A stretch of DNA of 64,000 nucleotides from Lepidodermella squamata (Eukaryota; Animalia; Gastrotricha): assembly GCA_047495785.1 (NCBI GenBank), contig JBLDXI010000042.1, positions 1,054,001 through 1,118,000 of the forward strand. The letters run 5' to 3'. Shown in pieces: positions 62,373 to 64,000 of this stretch; the stretch's first letter is position 1, and each line of letters starts with the position of its first letter. The position numbers were made by a program, and so were the translations under genes. A model generated the notes under the pieces. The model searched no databases, was not told where the DNA came from, and saw nothing but the letters and a program-made list of their open reading frames with translations.

Positions 62373-63217
62373 ACAATTCGTACTTATTTCATTTGACGAT
62401 TTCGTATAAATGAAGTAGCGAAAAGCTATTTTCTAGGTATTGCCTTCACAAGAGCAAGTAACAAATAACCATGGTATATTAATTCGATCTGAAGCTAACA
62501 GAAAGCAAATCGTATAATTCGCAAACTGACCACTCATAGCGCGAAACTGAACGCTTAACACGAACGTCTATCGTTTATGCATGATAACAAAAAAATGTGA
62601 GATTCTAGTTGAAGACCAAGGTATATTAAATTTTTGAATACCTCAATCGGTAAAAAACCCAGGAGCCAGTGTGTTAAACGCCAGACGATTTAAAAAAAAC
62701 CACTGGGACTAAGTAGTATTGGCGTTGATTGCCTCCATGGCTCCTAAATATCCGGCATAGGTTCGGCTATCAAAGCGGTACAATATATAAGAGTCGTGAG
62801 TCGTGAGCCTGAAGTTTGCAAGTTTTTTCTCTTAGCTCAAATCAACCCAGACGTTGACGTCAGCGTTGACGTCAGCGTTGACGTTCATGTCTGGGCCTCT
62901 CAAATCCCTCTCAATCGATATTCCTATACTGCATACGTTGAAAACAGTCTGGCGCGGTTTTCATTTCAAAGAGTAAACATTAAACATGGGATTCCGCTTT
63001 ACACTAGGCTAGCGAGTCTGACGCAGAGCTAATGTTATTTCAAAACCACTGTTTCATAATACCTATTTTCGTACATACGTTTTTTCCAAGTCCGGAAATT
63101 TGACAGGAGATTGATACAGGTTGTTTATTTACTCAACGCAAATCACTAGTTACGTATGACTTTCGCACGGGTTGAAGCATATTGTCTGTAGATTCTTCTA
63201 GAGCCGGACTCTCTTGC

Positions 63218-64000
63218 ATGATGTATCGTTACCGCTTATCATTTTCGATCATTTTTACAGTCTATTTGGCGTATTCTGAAGCTGGGAATCTTGACGAAGA
63301 GATTTCGTTGTTCAACCCGGATGCGATTGAGCTGAGAGACATCCTGATCTCAAGATGCCGTCTCGACCAGCGCATTCGACCTGTCGCTAACTTCAGCGAA
63401 ACTACGCTCATTCATGCGTCAATATCGCCTTATTATTTCCGAGGGATAAACGAAGACGAACAATCGTAAGCATTCGAAACCTATATGTCTGCCATGAATC
63501 TATAGTTACATGATTTCATAGTTTCTCTTTTCACGGCGAGCTTGCTCTCAGGTGGAAGCATCCATGCGCGATATGGAATAACACTTCAAACTATTCCCAT
63601 ATAAGAATCATCGATTTAAAGGGCTCGGAGACTTGGACCCCTGCGTTCACTCATATAAATGCATTCGAAATGTCGACAATTGAAAGGTTTCTAAGAAGAA
63701 CGTTGAATTATCGCCATTGTATAGATCCTTCTGTTTTCCACCTTAGTTTGAGCAAGAGTGCAACGATTTTGTTTTACCGGGATGGCCAAGTAACAATGTA
63801 CCTGCAAAGTACTTACAAATCAACTTGCAGCCTCAAGTAAGTGAAAAGTGAACAATCAGTTTCGTCGCCTGGCTTCTTTTCTGGGCGTGAGGAAGGGGGT
63901 TTCGGATAGGATAGGAAAGCCTTGAGTGGCTTGCCGAGTGGCTCTGAGAAGAGCTTCAAAGTTCTCATGTATGATGCATACGCAGACATGTTCTGGGTGG
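63218..64000 (+). CDS. Divergent Cys-loop LGIC copy I, 3'-partial (exons 1-3 in window)
   Basis: Closest to copy G. The donor after CSL(K/N) lies at about 63837 and the TM exon is not in the window. Confidence 0.8.

Overview
Eukaryotic DNA from an animal, probably a compact-genome invertebrate; the species cannot be identified from sequence alone. It is gene-dense with mostly 45-60 nt GT-AG introns, so many listed ORFs are single exons and I rebuilt the genes by hand. The first ~15 kb holds a double NB-ARC-like STAND NTPase + ankyrin gene, a class C (GABA-B-like) GPCR frameshifted by a 7-bp duplication, an EB/EGF-like Cys-rich protein, a small secreted 4-Cys peptide, an astacin-EGF-CUB-kringle protease, and a canonical nAChR alpha subunit that runs into a divergent Cys-loop channel gene. 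The rest is a birth-and-death cluster. (i) Eight close paralogues of a divergent Cys-loop ligand-gated ion channel have no intracellular domain, no ACh-binding motif, a hypervariable loop C, near-identical pore helices and shared upstream motifs. (ii) Three full and two partial copies of a secreted protein combine an unrecognised Cys-rich repeat, encoded by short mostly phase-0 exons, with two LamG/ConA-like domains. (iii) Two copies of a bacterial-type secreted Cys-rich protein each carry an intron. The cluster also contains a trypsin-CCP protease, an ankyrin/LamG chimera and several nested DNA transposons/MITEs (CACTA, Harbinger, pogo-like, foldback). The best candidate new system is the co-duplicated array of putative chemosensory Cys-loop receptors and short-exon lectin-like secreted proteins.
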